64,000 nucleotides of DNA from Phyllobates terribilis (taxonomy: Eukaryota), in assembly GCF_046119375.1 (NCBI RefSeq), contig NW_027362762.1, forward strand, positions 929,566,001-929,630,000, written 5' to 3'. A program made the position numbers and the translations under genes. The notes under the pieces are model-generated. The model saw nothing but the letters and a program-made list of their open reading frames with translations. It searched no databases and had not been told where the DNA came from. Within the stretch, counting starts at the first letter, position 1; each line of letters begins with the position of its first letter. This document shows positions 62,335 through 64,000 of this stretch, one piece after another.

Positions 62335-64000
62335 TTATGTTACGCTGCTATCATTCGGTGGTGTTGAGAAGTCTGGCCCAATCCAGCCCTTGTTCATTTT
62401 TATAAGAGTCAGCCTGTCTGCATTTTCAGTTGACAGGCGGATGCGCCTATCGGTTATAATTCCATCAGCTGCACTAAAAACCCGCTCTGACAAAACGCTA
62501 GCGGCAGGGCAGGCCAGGACCTCCTCCCAGTTCATGCCACGTGTCCAGCTTGGATACCCAATAATTATAAGGCACAGAGGAATTACGGAGGACGTTGGTA
62601 CAGTCGGCAAGGTACTTCCTCACCATCTTCCAAAACTTTTCCTTCCTTGGGAGAATACATAAACTCAGTCATGTGCACCAGACTGCAAAGAGGCAAGACT
62701 TCTGTGTCCTCACCAAGAGGACGACTGACCATGCTCTCCTCCTCTTCCTCCTCCTCCCTGTCCTCAGGTCATCCACGCTGAACAGACGGTATGACAGTTG
62801 TGCAGGTAGTAACATCTATAGCGCAGGAAACTAGCTCCTGTTCTTCCTCCTCCTCCTCTTCCTCATTGTCACCCAATCCACATTGGGATGAGATGAGGCT
62901 GGGCTGTGTGGATTCACCCTGTATGGTTCCTTGCTCCATCTCATCATGCTGCGCCTGCAATGCATCCTCTTTAATTGTGAGCAGAGAGCGTTTCAGAAGA
63001 CAGAGAAGCAGGATGGTGATGCTAATTATGGCATCATCGCTGCTCACCATCTTGGTGGAGTCCTCAAAGTTTTGGAGGATGGTACAAATGTATGACATCC
63101 ATGTCCACTCCTGAGGCTTTATGTGTGTAGTCTGACCTGAATACCGACAGCCTTGTTGATGCTGGTAGTCAACAACTGCCCTCTTCTGCTCACAAATCCT
63201 TCCCAACATCTGCAATATAGAGTTCCAACACGTGGGGACATCGCCGATCAGTCAGTGAGCTGGAAGCTGCACGGAAAGGGTGGTGGAAGCTGTAGCTGAC
63301 TTTCTAAAATGGGCACACAGGTGGCGTACTTTGACAAGCAGATCCGACAGATTCCGGGTAGGTTTTGAGAAACCGCTGAACCATGAGGTTAAGCACATGG
63401 GCCAGGCATGGTATGTGTGTGAACTCGCCTCGCCTCAGAGCCGCCACCAGGTTCCGCCCATTGTCACACACGACCACGCCTGGCTGTAGGGTCAGCGGTG
63501 TCAGCCACAGATCTGCCTGCTCTTTCAGAGCTGTCCACAACTGTTCAGCGTTGTGCAGTTTGTCATCTAAGCATATGAGCTTCAGCACAGCCTGTTGCCG
63601 CTTGGCTGAGGCAGTGCTGCAGTGCTTCCAGCTTGCAACTAATGTGGTCATTTGGGAGATGGAGGCTGAAGAGGAGGAGGTGCAGGAGCTGTAGAATGTG
63701 GGGGCAACCCTGACTGACCCAGGGCCCGCAATCCTCGGCGTCGGGAGGACGTGTTTTGTCCCAAGGTCTGACTGGGTCCTGGCTTCCACTATACTAACCC
63801 AGTGTGCCGTCAGCGAGATGTACTGTTCCTGCCCACAAGCACTTGTCCACATGTCCGTGGTAAGGTGGACTTTCCCAGTAACTGCGTTGTTGAGGGAACG
63901 TTTAATGTTGTGGGACACGTGCTCGTGTAATGCGGGGACAGCACACCGGGAGAAATAGTGGTGCCTGGGTACCGAGGGATGGCCGCCGCCATCAGGTTGC
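62335..64000 (-). pseudogene. hAT transposase, catalytic core and dimerisation domain, disrupted
   Basis: VHLTTDMWTS (first D), VVCDNGRN (second D), CLAHVLNL (CxxH), CPAASVLSERVFS (E); stops, frameshifts and deletions. Confidence 0.9.

Larger units (their letters stand above)
52715..64000 (-). mobile_element. hAT (Ac/ZBED-like) transposon, split by Gypsy C, running off the right edge
   Basis: TAGTGATGAGCG terminus at 52715; the same internal tandem repeats lie on both sides of Gypsy C; transposase remnants at 62335-64000. Confidence 0.88.

Overview
Vertebrate genomic DNA, inferred to be anuran amphibian from its TE families (Kolobok/T2-type TTAA MITEs, V-SINE, L2, TAGTG-terminated hAT). It holds one intact host gene, a single-exon claudin most similar to CLDN8 (39648-40325, +), in an otherwise heavily nested transposon landscape. 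LTR elements: two near-full-length Ty3/Gypsy elements with TSDs (B: 23181-30798, minus; C: 53771-61692, plus), the 3' end of a third (A: 1-3478), and three solo LTRs. DNA elements: four Tc1 elements (one with an intact DD34E transposase), two large hAT elements, two piggyBac-like non-autonomous elements and many MITEs. Best second-look signals: (1) every LTR of this Gypsy group carries a second tRNA-Ser PBS-like copy about 140 nt inside its 3' end, and it co-varies with the element's own PBS; (2) a conserved -1 frameshift signal (T TTA AAC plus H-type pseudoknot) in B and C; (3) a dUTPase-like segment between protease and RT; (4) GGAC/ATGGAC-rich conserved 3' UTR motifs; (5) a 66-bp monomer, 598-bp higher-order repeat inside a hAT with a perfect TSD. 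All coordinates and counts were read by eye, and tRNA and protein references are recalled from memory.
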